Shown: in pieces, positions 13,601-50,175 of the stretch | How positions within the stretch are numbered: the stretch's first letter is position 1 | How the letters are laid out: every line of letters starts with the position of its first letter | Source of the DNA: Mobula hypostoma | Lineage: Eukaryota | Reading direction: 5' to 3' | NCBI RefSeq assembly: GCF_963921235.1 | Contig: NC_086107.1 | Coordinates: 98,890,001 to 98,954,000 of the forward strand | DNA length: 64,000 bases | The notes under the pieces: model-generated | Databases searched by the model: none | What the model was told of the DNA's origin: nothing | Seen by the model: only the letters and a program-made list of their open reading frames with translations | Program-made: the position numbers and the translations under genes

Positions 13601-15814
13601 TATGTGGTTCTGTCAGTGTTAGTCTTTGGTTTGTCCTATTTTCTGTGATATCACTCCGGAGAAACATTGTATCATTTCTTAATGCATGCATGCATTTCTA
13701 AATGACAATAAAAGAGCACTGAGTGTTCTCATAATCTAATTTTCTGGGAATTGGGCGCAGGGAAAGCAGCAGAGAGGAGGAGGGCCTGACCCGAAAATCA
13801 AAGGATCGGCTGGGAATCTAAAATCAAAACAGAAAGCTGGGAACACTCAGCGGGTCAGGCAGCGTCTGTGGAGGGTGAAGCAGAGTGAATATTTCAGCTT
13901 AGTCGGAAGTGGGAATAAGAGGGAGGAGAGATGTTTTCTTGCTGCTGAGAAGGAGGCAGGTCAGCCAAAGGAAACGTGACGGGGCGAGGCCAGATACGCC
14001 GTGGGGGCGAGTCATCGGGTCCAGAGGGTTAAGACCCGTTTGAGAGGGATTACCCTTCTTGCTGTGTGCTTGGTGTGGCTCACAGCAGATCAGTGGGATG
14101 TGCACAGCAGGGCAGGCAGAGAGAAAATTACCATTGTGGTACTTGGCTGAGTCACAGCAGAAATGGCCGACTCAGGTGAACAACGTTGTTATCTAAAGTT
14201 GGAGAATTCAGTATTGAGTGTAGAAGGCTGAAATCTTTTTATATTTAAAAAATAAAATTCACTCATCACAATAAAAAATACCAAAGAAATAAGTGCAAAA
14301 CTTTTACATTCAGTAGTGCCAACTGCTTTTTTTTTTGAAATACCATAAGATAAAGGAGCAGAATTAGGCCATTCTGCCATTTCATCATGACTGATCCAAC
14401 TTCCTCTCAGCTCCAATCTCCTGCCTTTCACCCCTTCAAGGGGGAGGGAGAGACCAACCCCATGCCTGCAGATCAGACAGCAAAGTTGTAACAGGCCCAC
14501 ACAGAAGACGAGGCACTTCACTGGGCCTCACTGTAAGTGTGTAGAGCAGGAATGGATGGAAAATTAACCTGGCAAGTTCACTCCTGCAAAGCCATCACCC
14601 AACCTGAGTTTGGTCAACCTAGTTTAGTAGAACTATCCCTTCCACTTGGCCAGTGACCTTAAAGGCTCCCATTCTCTTTTTAAAGCACCAAATGGCTTTT
14701 AAAGCATCGTTTGTTTATCACGTGTTGTGTCACATTACGTAGCCGATCACGGTCTTGACCATGATTGCTCTTGGCAAATTTTTCTACAGAATTGTTTTGC
14801 CATTCCCCTCTTCTGGGCAGTGTCTTTAGAAGATGGGTGACCCCAGCCATTACCAATACTCTTCAGAGATTGTCTGCCTGGCGTCAGTGGTCACATAACC
14901 AGGACTTGTGATGTGCAGCAGCTGCTGATATGGCCATCCGCCACCTGCACCCATGGCTTCACGTGACCATGATCGGGGGGCTAAGCAGGTGCTACACCTT
15001 GCCCAAGGGTGACCTGCAGGGTAGCAGAGGGAAACAGCGCCTTACATCTCCTTCCGTAGAGACGTATCTCCTCCTCTCCAGCCAATTTAAAGCATCAAAT
15101 GGCTCCCAGGCTCTTTTTAAAGCACCAAAACCTCTCTCTGATTGGTCAGATTCAAGGGTTCCTATTGGAATGGCTCCATCGATATCAGCAGGGTCCACTG
15201 ACACAGACCACAGCAAAGCTTATCAGAGGTGGCAACGTCCCGAAATGGACAATTCATGCAATGTCCCGAAATGGACAATTCACGCAACGTCCCGAAATGG
15301 ACAATTCACGCAACGTCCCGAAATGGACAATTCACGCAACGTCCCGAAACGGACAATTCATGCAAGACTAACCAGGAGGCTTGAGGTAGTCTAACTGGTG
15401 TATATGAGGACTTCATGAGGAGTTAGTTGTTTTCTATTGATCGAGTGCCTGTCTATTGATCGAGGGTCTGTCTATTGATTGAGCGCCTGTCCATTGATTA
15501 TTAAATGAGACCAATCTACACTGATCACAGGAAGTGCCAGACAGGACAGCTTGATGTGCACCCAAGGCACACTGGACCATCAGCAGGTGAACTGTACAAC
15601 TCCAGGCAGTCTCAAAGCAGTGGGATTTGCTTTTGGCAGTGGGGTTAAGGCACCATCACTGGTCACATTCAGTTACGGACGGATTATAAACCTGAGCTTG
15701 TTACAGCCCACCTCAAATATGAGCAACGGACAGTTACAAAAGTCTTGGATCACTCAAAGTGATGATTACTCACAACTTATCTTCTTCGATTTCAAAATCC
15801 ATGTCACCGAACAT
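2397..15814 (-). CDS. PICK1: Protein interacting with PRKCA 1 (PDZ + BAR domain), partial gene: first 9 coding exons; remaining 3' exons are left of the window
   Basis: Exons 15774-15814, 12762-12873, 11056-11184, 9135-9201, 7194-7283, 5264-5317, 4030-4092, 2702-2835, 2397-2489 join in frame with GT-AG introns to give MFGDMDFEIEEDKLGIPTVPGTVTLKKDSQNLIGISIGGGAQYCPCLYIVQVFDNTPAALDG...KKYLDVKFEYL, recognisable as PICK1. Confidence 0.97.
2702..2835 (-). CDS. PICK1: PICK1 coding exon 8 (AFGDVFSIIGVREPQ...LLKTVKP), BAR domain
   Basis: 134 bp, AG/GT flanks. Confidence 0.96.
4030..4092 (-). CDS. PICK1: PICK1 coding exon 7 (GLMEHTKRLLRAFFELSQTHR)
   Basis: 63 bp, AG/GT flanks. Confidence 0.95.
4345..4862. 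repeat. CA-rich compound repeat with a (GC)n(AC)n tract
   Basis: Repeated CCCTTGCCTGCACACACAC units; alternating purine-pyrimidine run at 4603-4659. Confidence 0.85.
5264..5317 (-). CDS. PICK1: PICK1 coding exon 6 (DGLVKKLEELERTAELYK)
   Basis: 54 bp, AG/GT flanks. Confidence 0.95.
6243..6915 (-). mobile_element. CR1 LINE 3' fragment
   Basis: VRPNLEYCVQFWSPNYRKD...RRFTRMLPG...NFFTQRVVAVWNELP. Confidence 0.9.
7194..7283 (-). CDS. PICK1: PICK1 coding exon 5 (LKKVKHRLVENMSSGTADALGLSRAILCN)
   Basis: 90 bp, AG/GT flanks. Confidence 0.96.
7665..8010 (-). mobile_element. CR1 LINE 3' fragment nested in an opposite-strand CR1 remnant (7605-8312)
   Basis: LFPLRLGETRTRGHGLRVK remnant. Confidence 0.65.
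9135..9201 (-). CDS. PICK1: PICK1 coding exon 4 (GEVTIHYNKLQADPKQGKTLDI)
   Basis: 67 bp, AG/GT flanks. Confidence 0.95.
9285..10370 (-). mobile_element. Old Penelope-like fragments and inverted pLTR ends in a PICK1 intron
   Basis: Degenerate similarity to 58530-59722; decayed hammerhead at 9572-9608. Confidence 0.65.
11056..11184 (-). CDS. PICK1: PICK1 coding exon 3 (VFDNTPAALDG...MIQAVK)
   Basis: 129 bp, AG/GT flanks, overlaps ORF 10762..11148. Confidence 0.96.
12762..12873 (-). CDS. PICK1: PICK1 coding exon 2 (GIPTVPG...LIGISIGGGAQYCPCLYIVQ), PDZ
   Basis: 112 bp, AG/GT flanks, PDZ binding loop IGISIG and CPC motif. Confidence 0.96.
13100..13740 (+). mobile_element. Uninterrupted copy of the same ~0.6-kb non-autonomous retroposon
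   Basis: Co-linear with 31955-32318 + 34241-34505; ends CTCATAATCTAA. Confidence 0.8.
13800..14640 (-). mobile_element. Old Penelope-like fragment with nested insertions
   Basis: QPSTLNTEFSNFR* terminus at 14189-14230. Confidence 0.5.
14730..15078 (-). mobile_element. SINE-like repeat with RTE-type tail; second copy at 30400-30735 (+)
   Basis: The two loci are reverse complements (e.g. AGATTGTCTGCCTGGYGTCAGTGGTCACATAACCAGGACTTGTGAT). Confidence 0.6.
15233..15364. repeat. 26-bp tandem repeat x5
   Basis: CAACGTCCCGAAATGGACAATTCACG. Confidence 0.92.
15774..15814 (-). CDS. PICK1: PICK1 coding exon 1 (MFGDMDFEIEEDKL), 41 bp coding
   Basis: ATG at 15814; donor GTGAGT at 15773; likely acceptor TTTACAG at 15857 adds a short 5' UTR part. 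Confidence 0.93.
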
Positions 15815-16523
15815 GATAACCGCCCGCTCGAAAAATCCTGTCGCTGCCTCTGGTCTCTGTAAAGTACATCGAGTCAGTGGGGCCTGTTGTACCTGCTCAC
15901 CAGCAATAACTACGTTCCCATCGTATCTGTAACATCGTAAATGATCCCGGGGAACCTCACAAGAACATGGGCAATCTTTCTGATACTTTGTGGGGGATGT
16001 TCGAAAGCTCAGTGCGAGACTCTAGTAAAAGAGAAATGAGAAACAGAGAGGTGTAGAATGGAAAATCACGGAGCCAGGGCCTCGGCAACTGAAGGCAGAA
16101 AGAGGTGAGATGATCAAGGAAGCAATAATATCGAGGTTGAGGTTTGGGCACACGGGGTTAAATAGTATATTGTTTTAATGAAGAGACACAGTAATGGGAG
16201 GTTTGAGCGTTGTAATCAACAAGAAACAGTTGAGCACATACTGGTGAGGTGTCTAAGACATAATCAAGAGAGGGGATGGTTTGATTTTAAAGTTATCACA
16301 GAATAAAATACAGCATTATCAATATTGTGCAGAAAAGATCACAGGATTATTGATGTAAACATATAGAGCAGTTCCTTAACAATACAGGTTTTTTTTATAT
16401 AGAATTTGATACAAATACAAATTAGATTTAGATATCCCAAGCCACACTCCAGTTCCAGAGGTGGCAGTAACACACCTTACAGCTGTTTGCCATTAAAACT
16501 TCAGGAAAAGGAGGAGGAGGTCA

Positions 16524-17227
16524 GGATGCCAGGGTGGTAACGAGATTCAGACTGAGAGTGTAATGGATGCCAGGGTGGTAACGAGCTTCAGACTGAGAGT
16601 GTAATGGATGCCAGGGTGGTAACGAGATTCAGACTGAGAGTGTAATGGATGCCAGGGTGGTAACGAGATTCAGACTGAGAGTGTAATGGATGCCAGGGTG
16701 GTAACGAGATTCAGACTGAGCATGTAATGGATGCCAGGGTGGTAACGAGATTCAGACTGAGAGTGTAATGGATGCCAGGGTGGTAACGAGATTCAGACTG
16801 AGTGTAATGGATGCCAGGGTGGTAACGAGATTCAGACTGAGTGTGTAATGGATGCCAGGGTGGTAACGAGATTCAGCTTGAGCGTGTAATGGATGCCAGG
16901 GTGGTAACGAGATTCAGACTGAGCGTGTAATGGATGCCAGGGTGGTAACGAGATTCAGCTTGAGAGTGTAATGGATGCCAGGGTGGTAACGAGATTCAGC
17001 TTGAGAGTGTAATGGATGCCAGGGTGGTAACAAGATTCAGACTGAGCGTGTAATGGATGCCAGGGTGGTAACGAGATTCAGACTGAGCATGTAATGGATG
17101 CCAGGGTGGTAACGAGATTCAGACTGAGAGTGTAATGGATGCCAGGGTGGTAACAAGATTCAGACTGAGAGTGTAATGGATGCCAGGGTGGTAACGAGAT
17201 TCAGACTGAGTGTGTACTGGATGCCAG
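16524..17227. repeat. 41-bp minisatellite, about 17 copies
   Basis: GGATGCCAGGGTGGTAACGAGATTCAGACTGAGAGTGTAAT. Confidence 0.96.
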
Positions 17228-17814
17228 AACTGAAGGGAAGCAACTGGAGCAGGGAAAGGCAGCACCTGAGGAGGTTACAGAGATAACCTGAGGGGTGGGG
17301 ACTGAAAATGCTGGACCTGAACTTAACCAGAAGACAAATCATCAGCGAGCAAAGGGCAACAAGCAGAGTTATAGTGAAATGTTAGGATTCTGGAAGCATA
17401 ACACACAAAACACAGGAGCAAAATTAGACCATTCAGCCCATCAAATCTTCTCCTCCATTCCATCCCTCTCAACCCCGTTCCTCTATATTCTCCCTGCAGC
17501 CTTTGACACCCTGATTAATCACGAATTTCTCAACCTCCACTTTAAATACACCCACTGACTTGGGCTCCACAGCCATCAGTGAATTCCACAGATTCACTTC
17601 CCTCTGGCTAAAGAAATTCCTCCGAATCTCTGTTGTAAGGGGACAGCCCTCCCTCTCCCTCTGGTGCTAGACTCAGCCACTATAGGAAACATCCTCTCCA
17701 CATCCACTCTATCTAGGACTTTCAACTTTCGATAGTTTTCAATGAGATCCTCCTCACTCTTCTAAACCCCAGTGAGTGCAGACCCAGAGCCATCAAACAC
17801 TCATCTTACATTAC

Positions 17815-18240
17815 TCAAGTCACTTTTTATTGTCATCTCGACCATAACTGCTGGTACAGTACACAGTAAAAACGAGACAACGTTTTCCAGGACCATGGTG
17901 CTACATGTAACAATACAAAAACTACACTGAACTACGTAAAACAACAAAAAAACTACACTAGACTACAGCCCTACCCAGGACTGCATAAAGTGCACAAAAC
18001 AGTGCAGGTACTACAATAAATAATAAACAAGACAATAGGCACAGTAGAGGGCAGTAGGCTGGTGTCAGTCCAGACTCTGGGTATTGAGGAGTCTGATGGC
18101 TTGGGGGAAGAAACCATTACACGGTCTGGTCGTGAGAGCCCGAATGCTTCGGTGCCTTTTGCCAGATAGCAGGAGGGAGAAGAGTTTGTATGAGGGATGC
18201 GTGGGGTCCTTCATAATGCTGTTTGCTTTGCGGGTGCAGC
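17815..18240 (-). mobile_element. Rex1/Babar-like LINE 3' fragment
   Basis: KDPTHPSYKLFSLLLSGKRHRSIRALTTRPCNGFFPQAIRLLN; relatives at about 19975-20435 (+), 24080-24380 (+), 35280-35545 (+), 38005-38320 (-), 40400-40680 (-). Confidence 0.65.
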
Positions 18241-19589
18241 AAGCCCTATCATTCCCAGAATTATTCTCATAGTAGACTGATTGACAGATGCCTGACAGAA
18301 GGTGGGACACCAGCCAGGAATAGCTGTCTAGAAGTTAACCAAGACAAAGCTGAGGGTTTTAGTCACAACTGATTGAAACCAGAGGCAGAGCCGAACGGTA
18401 CCTCAGGGGTGAAAATGAGTGTCAGGGCCGTGTCGATGAGAGGTCAGAGTTTATCTTAGGATCAGTCTGGTTGAGACACAGCAGGGCCAAGGGAGAGGGA
18501 GTCCGAAGAACAGAAGTGTTGTCTTTGGGCTTCCTAATATTTAGTTGGAGAATGCTGATCGGAACTGAGTGTTAAGACAACAGCAATAAAAACAATTAGT
18601 GGTAATGGAGGAGTGGAGGGATGGGAGTGAGGGGGTATGGATAGGGACGGAATGGGGGCGAGGGAAGGGATGGGAGAGAGATGGAAAGAGGTGGTGGGAG
18701 ATAGAGGCGGGGTGGGGGATGGAGGACTGGCCACCATGATGTTTTCAGATGGCCCTGTAAGGTAATGTAACTGGTGGGAACGTAAGGGTCAATGTTTGAT
18801 GGCTCTGGGTCTGCACTCTCTGGGGTTTAGAAGAGTGAGGAGGGATCTCATTGAAACCTATCAACATTGAGTTGGGGTTCACTTTAAGGGGCTGGTGATG
18901 ACATAATTGCGTGAAGATGTTTTCACCCCACTTTGTGTTCAGTGTTTGGACTACAATAAATGAGTTGCTTCAGTTATTCTTAAACATAAAACGCCTGACG
19001 CTGTTTTATTTGTCACAACCTACAACATCACTGAGGGGCAGAATGCAGAGGAGGTGGCCATAAATGGTTTAATGGTCCACTGATCAGCCCCACGTATGTG
19101 TCAGATTTAGAAAGACACAGCACAAAACACTGAATCCATATTGACCACCAAGCTCACCATCTTTACATAATCCTGTGCTTACTATTTCCTCTAAACATTG
19201 ACATGCCGTTACTCAGAGAGGCAAGAAAGTTGCAGAAGTTAATAATATTGTGACTGGAACCCAAATTTCACAAGAGTCATTGGGTTACAGAGCACAGACA
19301 CCAGCCCTCGGAGTCTATCTGGCCGTCCAACACCCATTTATATTGACTTTGTATTAACTCCAATTTATTCCCCCCCCCCCACCTTCGGCCTCCCCCAGAC
19401 AGTGTCACTCACCCACACACTCTGGATCCCAGATCTTTAGATTACAGGCTCTGGACCTCAGTCTCTGAGATCCCGGCCTCTGAGTGGCAGATCCCTGGAT
19501 CACAAGCAAGAGATCCGAGCCCTGAATCCCAGCCCCTCAGCGGACACCGGACACCGGACCCCAGGCACCGCCGACCCCCGCCCGGCTTT

Positions 19590-19820
19590 AGCTTCACCTG
19601 ATTCACCGCTGCTGTTCCAATGTTGTCTTAGGTGACGTCACCTTCGTGGCAAATTGTTCCCTCACATCCTCTTCCGCCAGGATGACCCGGAACCAATCGC
19701 CCGCGAAAAAGATTCGGACGCTGTGCCATGTTTACTGCTGCCATCTTTACTACTGGCGAAAGGCTGCTGCGCTTGCGCGATGATATAACGAGCGGCCGGT
19801 TTCCAGCCGGTTAAACCGGT
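19590..19820 (-). promoter_or_regulatory. Probable PICK1 promoter and non-coding first exon
   Basis: CpG-rich patch with palindromic CRE GGTGACGTCACC (19631-19642), ETS-like CCGGAA, CCAAT and YY1-like GCCATCTT; candidate donor CAG|GTGAAG near 19597. Confidence 0.6.
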
Positions 19821-20678
19821 TACTCATCCCGGTTCAGGCTCTTCCCTCGAAGTTGAATCATGTCGGGCACCGGACCCCATCTCAAACCACGGTCCCAGCC
19901 CTGTCCCCTCTGCATTAGACTCTCCAACGTGTCGGCACCGCTGTTGTTACCGAATCGGTGCACAGGAGGGCGGGTTGTTTCGGCAAAGCAGCATCCATGA
20001 TCAGGGACCCCCACCACCCAGATCATGTCCTCTTCTCGCTGCTGTCATCAGGGAGAAGGTACAAGAACCTCAGGGCCCACACCACCAGCTTCAGGAACAG
20101 TCACTACCCCTTAACCATCAGGCTCTTCACCCAGAGGGGATAACTTCACTCACCCCATCACTGAACTGTTCCCACAACTTAAGGTCTCACTTTCAAGGAC
20201 TCTACAACTCAAGCTCTCGATATTTATTCCTCATTTATTTATTATTATTGCTTTTTCTCTCTTTTTTTGTACTTGCATAGTCTGTCGTCTTTTGCACATT
20301 AGTTGCCCGTCTTTGTGTGTGGTTTTTCATATAAATTCGATTGTGTTTCTTTGTGTTTACCCTAACCCACAAAAATAATCTCAGGGTTAGTTTATGGTGA
20401 CATATGTACTTTGATAATAAATTTACTTTGAACCTTATCCATCCCCATCTGCCTCCACCTGACTCCTCCCCCTCCGCACCTCAACTTACATCATTCCTCC
20501 CCGTTATCGCAGAACAGCATAGTACGCTACAGGCCATTCAGCCCACAGTGTTATGCTGATCTTGTAGTGAAGACTGATGCAAAATACTTCTAACTCATCT
20601 ACCACCTTCTTGTTTCCCCATTATCCCCAGATTCCCTTTCTATAGATGAAGCTGGGTTAATTGGTGGAACTAGAGATG

Positions 20679-20770
20679 TTTATTGAATCTTTTCAAATGA
20701 TTACTCAAATCAACATTGAAACACACACAAAAAAAATCTGTTCTGAATGACATTTCAAGAGGACTTTATT
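20679..20770 (-). terminator. Candidate ADSL polyadenylation signals
   Basis: AATAAA on minus strand at 20765-20770 and 20679-20684, about 1 kb after the stop (another at 21355-21360 lies inside a repeat). Confidence 0.5.
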
Positions 20771-21714
20771 TTAAAAAGATGCAGCACAGAGCTATACAGA
20801 ACCAACCGGAATACCTGTTTGGCCACTGAGGATACACCAGCTCCTAGCTGGAATAGATTGACACAGGTATGTAACAGGAGCCTCAGCTGCACCATCACTC
20901 TCAAGTTTTACTGGGATCACGCAATGGTTTTGAGTGACATTTGGAGTGGAAATTGGTGGAGATATTTCTTCAATCACACATCCATGTGAATGGGAGGTGG
21001 GGGCGAGATTAGTTCCCTCTGAAATGGGAAACAGACTTTCTTTCCTGTTTGTGCTTCACAAGCAAAGTAATGCTGAGCTTGGGCACATCTGACTAACATT
21101 TTCAATCACTACTTATCAAGACCTGCTCCCAGAGAGATACATGCTCTCCCCAGGTTCTGATCCCGAGGACTGTCCGTTACCCAAATGGTTCTCCATCAGA
21201 AACGTGTCTCCCTGGCAATATACAGACCAATTTGTAGTCAAACCAGAAATAAGAGATTCAACACACACAAAATGCGGGAGAAGCCCAGCAGGTCAGACAG
21301 CATCTGTGAAGGGAAACAAACAATGTTTTGGGCTGAAACCCTTCATCAAGACAGTTTATTTCCCTCCATTGATGCTGCCCGACTGGCCAAGATCTCCAGC
21401 ATTTTATGCGTATCGACAAACCAGGATGTTTAATTCAACCACTCCGATTTCCCTGCAAGATACAATGATGAAGTTCCCACAAGGCAGAAGACCCCCGCCG
21501 TCCCACAGCAGCCGGCAAATCCACCCCACCAGTCTCCGAAACCGTACAGGCTACCCACAAGTCGGGTGTTTGTGACCTGGGGTGACCTGTCCTCATTCAT
21601 ACACTCTACACAAATGGAACACAAGTCAAAAGCACAAGTCCCACACGCACCCTGCTCCACACAGAGTCTTCGATGAGCTGCCGTACCGGGTGTGGGGACC
21701 AGGCTCACAGCTTC

Positions 21715-46861
<25,147 letters not shown>

Positions 46862-46990
46862 CTCTCCGACCGCATCCAGCCCGCCGCACGCCTCTGCCGA
46901 CGGCGGCGCTGATTGGCGGATGATCGGCCAACGGGCTCGCAGTGCGAAGTCACGTGGTCACGGCCCCACGTGTCCCCGGCTGAATGGAGA
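46862..46990 (-). promoter_or_regulatory. ADSL CpG-rich promoter/5' UTR
   Basis: CCAAT box (46912-46916) and two CACGTG E-boxes (46951-46956, 46967-46972) just upstream of the ATG. Confidence 0.7.
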
Positions 46991-48669
46991 TGTAACCTTC
47001 AGCATTCGGACTGCGGGGATTAGCAAACTCCCGAGCTTGTTTCGGTATCATACATGTATTGTGGTTTTTAACCAGGATTTGTTACCTCACCCTCCATTAC
47101 AGGTTGAGTCCATCCTCCACCACTCTCCCCGCTTCCTTAAATAACGGGATGATGATGTTGCCCTCCAAACTTCCGGGACAGTTCCGGAATCTATTGAGTT
47201 TTGGATAATAATGACTACAGCATTCACAATTTATACATACTTTCCCCTCCGAAACTCCGGGGTGCAGATATGCATGTCGTGGAATTTATCAAAGGTTATC
47301 TTTAGCCTTTCTTGGCTGGATTAGAGAACATATTTTACGTGGAAATGCTGTGTTAGTTGGGCTTTTTCCCTTCGGAGCGAAGAATGGGAGACGACTTTAG
47401 TGTTTTTTTAAGTTGATGGAGATAGATAACATAAAAGGCAGAGATAGAATAGACAGCTACTCTATATTTTTAACAATTCCATTGTTTTCAGGAGTTTGTG
47501 CCTTCTGTGAACACAGATACAACTGGGTTATTTACTTCACCTGTCACTATCTAATTCTCTTATTTAAAAAAAATATCTGTAAAGTACCCAGCTTTGCCTC
47601 TGTATTTCCTACTTACATTCCAATAAAGCACACATGCTAGATAGCAACTGTGCCTTCAGATCTGCCCAAGGGTACTGATGAACTGGACACTTTCCCTGGC
47701 ATTGGCAGAGCTGGAGAGACCGAGCTCATCAGTTTTATTTGGAGATATACTGTGGAATCGGACCGCCGAGCCGAGCCATACCACACCACACACACACTAC
47801 TCCGATTTAACCAAATCACGGAACAATTCGCACGTGGGGGGAAACCCATGCATTTCACGGGGGGTGGGGGTGGACGTACAGAGACGCCCTACAGAGGATG
47901 CCGGGATTGAACTCTGACGCCCCCAGCTGTAAAGTGTCACACTAACCGCTAGGCTTCTGGGACGAACTGCGAGAAAACCCAGCACTGGGCAGGCTAGGCA
48001 TCAAAGTCATTCTCTTGGTACATTCATAGAGCCTGTTCATTGGTGCAGAATGCACAACCACAACGGTGGAGAGAGGTTGCACAGAGCAGTCTGTGCAATT
48101 CTTTTTGACTGCTTCAGACACGCAGGCCGCTGATAGCAGTACACACACTCCTGATCTTTGGGATTTTATGGGGGAGCTGTTGGGAAAGGTCAGGAGACAT
48201 GGGAGGAACATCCTTTGATCTTCAGCTCCTGGACACGAGCAAGATACTTTGTTCATCTTCTGAGAACGCCAGTGCCTGGAGAGGAAGCAAAGGATTTGTT
48301 GGAGGCCTTACAGATCTAATGGCACCAGAAGAGGCTTGACACCAAGATCAATATTTTAAACTACTGTTGTTGTTCCTAATACGTAGTTATTTTAAAACAT
48401 TCACGGGGTGGGGGAGGGGGCTGTAGATAAAGGAAAAAAGGGTTACAGAGCAAAGCTCTCTACGCAATTTTCTTTAACATTCTCAAGGCAAGGATAGGAC
48501 AGATTTGGTACAGGGCAAAACTCCCTCTAAACTTTGTCAACTGCAACCACAGCAAGATTACAAGTTGGTCAAACTAATGGCATTATGGCGCTGGGGTCTG
48601 CGGTTGCTATTAGAGTGGGGGAAGTGCACAGAGAGGCTAAATGCCATTATATCATAATTCAGATGTGAT

Positions 48670-48950
48670 ATAGGCATCCGTTAGTCTCATGAGACCATGG
48701 ATTTGCGCCTTGGAAGGTATCCAGGGCACAGCCTGGGCAAGGTTGTATGGAAAACCAGCAGTTGCCCATGCTGCAAGTCTCCCCTCTTCACGCCACCGAT
48801 GTTGTCCAAGGGAAGGGCATTAGGACCCATACAGCTTGGCACCAGTGTCGTCGCAGAGCAATGTGTGGTTAAGTGCCTTGCTCAAGGACACATACACTAC
48901 CAAGGCTTGAACTAGCAACCTTCAAATCACTAGATGACCACGCGCCAACC
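48670..48950 (-). mobile_element. tRNA-derived CORE-like SINE
   Basis: Reverse complement of 38330-38608. Confidence 0.65.
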
Positions 48951-49199
48951 TCAGATATGATACCTGCCTGAATACCATTGTTACTGTATATTAGTGAAAA
49001 GTCCCACTGGAGCACTGTGACCTTTGCAGATTCCATGCAGTATCAGTGAGCCGGTGGGAAAAAGCCAGAACTGGAGCCTGTCCCACTCAGCTGTCTGCAC
49101 TCGCTGAGTCTGGACACAATTACAACTGCACTCATTTCCAAGCAAGTGTGTGTGTCCTCCTAAAATAAGATTAACTCTTTCACAATCCAGCACCAGATG

Positions 49200-49205
49200 T
49201 TTATT
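49200..49205 (-). terminator. Candidate TOMM22 polyadenylation signal
   Basis: AATAAA on minus strand about 0.9 kb after the stop, followed by GT/T-rich sequence. Confidence 0.55.
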
Positions 49206-50097
49206 GAACCACAATACAATTCAAACAGCTCTGTGTTAACTTGTCACTGTTTCTGCAGGCAGTACGTTCAGGTTGGCCTCTGTACCATGTCATAGCCTAT
49301 CACCCAGAGTCAGGTATAAGCAATTAAGTTGTAACCTGCCCAGTCTCCTTCACCCTGCAGCCTCAGTGAACACATTCCCACCTCACCTTGCACACTGGTC
49401 GCCCAGTATCGTGTGGATAATTGGTCTGGAGCCGGTGGTGAATCGCAGGCAACAGTCTCTCTCTTTGGTGAGAGCTCATTCCCCGACGGTACAAGCTTCA
49501 CTGTTCCGAGCACTGCATCACTGCAGGCACTAAACGTGCCCGACTTCGCGACAGCCGGCAGTATTTTGACTTTGCAATACCTGGCACTGTGAGGCAGACC
49601 GATGCAGGGCGAGCTTGTTTTGCGTTTAGAGTAGGACCAGGAACCCCTACCATTAATCGAGGGGTCTGCCAACGCCAGGCTGGGAATCCCTGGTTTAGAT
49701 GGAGCTCAGGACTGGTAGAGGTGTCCCTCATACCCCTTGCTGAACCTGGTGAACACTAACACACACATAAACAACTGGGGCAGAACAACTTGTACACCTC
49801 GATGATAAAAGATGCTGTGAACAATCACACTGCAATTCATGAATAACGGGGCTTGAGCACTCACCGAGCTGCCTCCTCCTCCTCCCACGAACTATCCAAG
49901 TTCATTATCCCCAACCCTCCCCCTCCCACAACCAGCAGACACGATGCTCCAGACATTGGGCCTGGGTCAGCTCGACCCTCCTCAGCGACGGGCTGCGGAC
50001 TCCAAGTCGGTAGGTGCTATCAAATTCCCTCCCCAAGGTCCGTCCTTTAATCCCTCCTCCACCAGCAATTCCTGTTCCGAGGGGAGGGTCAAGTCCA

Positions 50098-50175
50098 TTA
50101 TATTTTCCCTGGAACTGGTGGTGGCAGCATTCCCGGCATTCCTCCGGATATCCCTGTGTTCGGACCCAGTAGGAT
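50098..50175 (-). CDS. TOMM22: TOMM22 exon 4 coding part (ILLGPNTGISGGMPGMLPPPVPGKI*)
   Basis: 78 bp ending in TAA. Confidence 0.95.
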   Translation of the reverse strand: MLLGPNTGISGGMPGMLPPPVPGKI

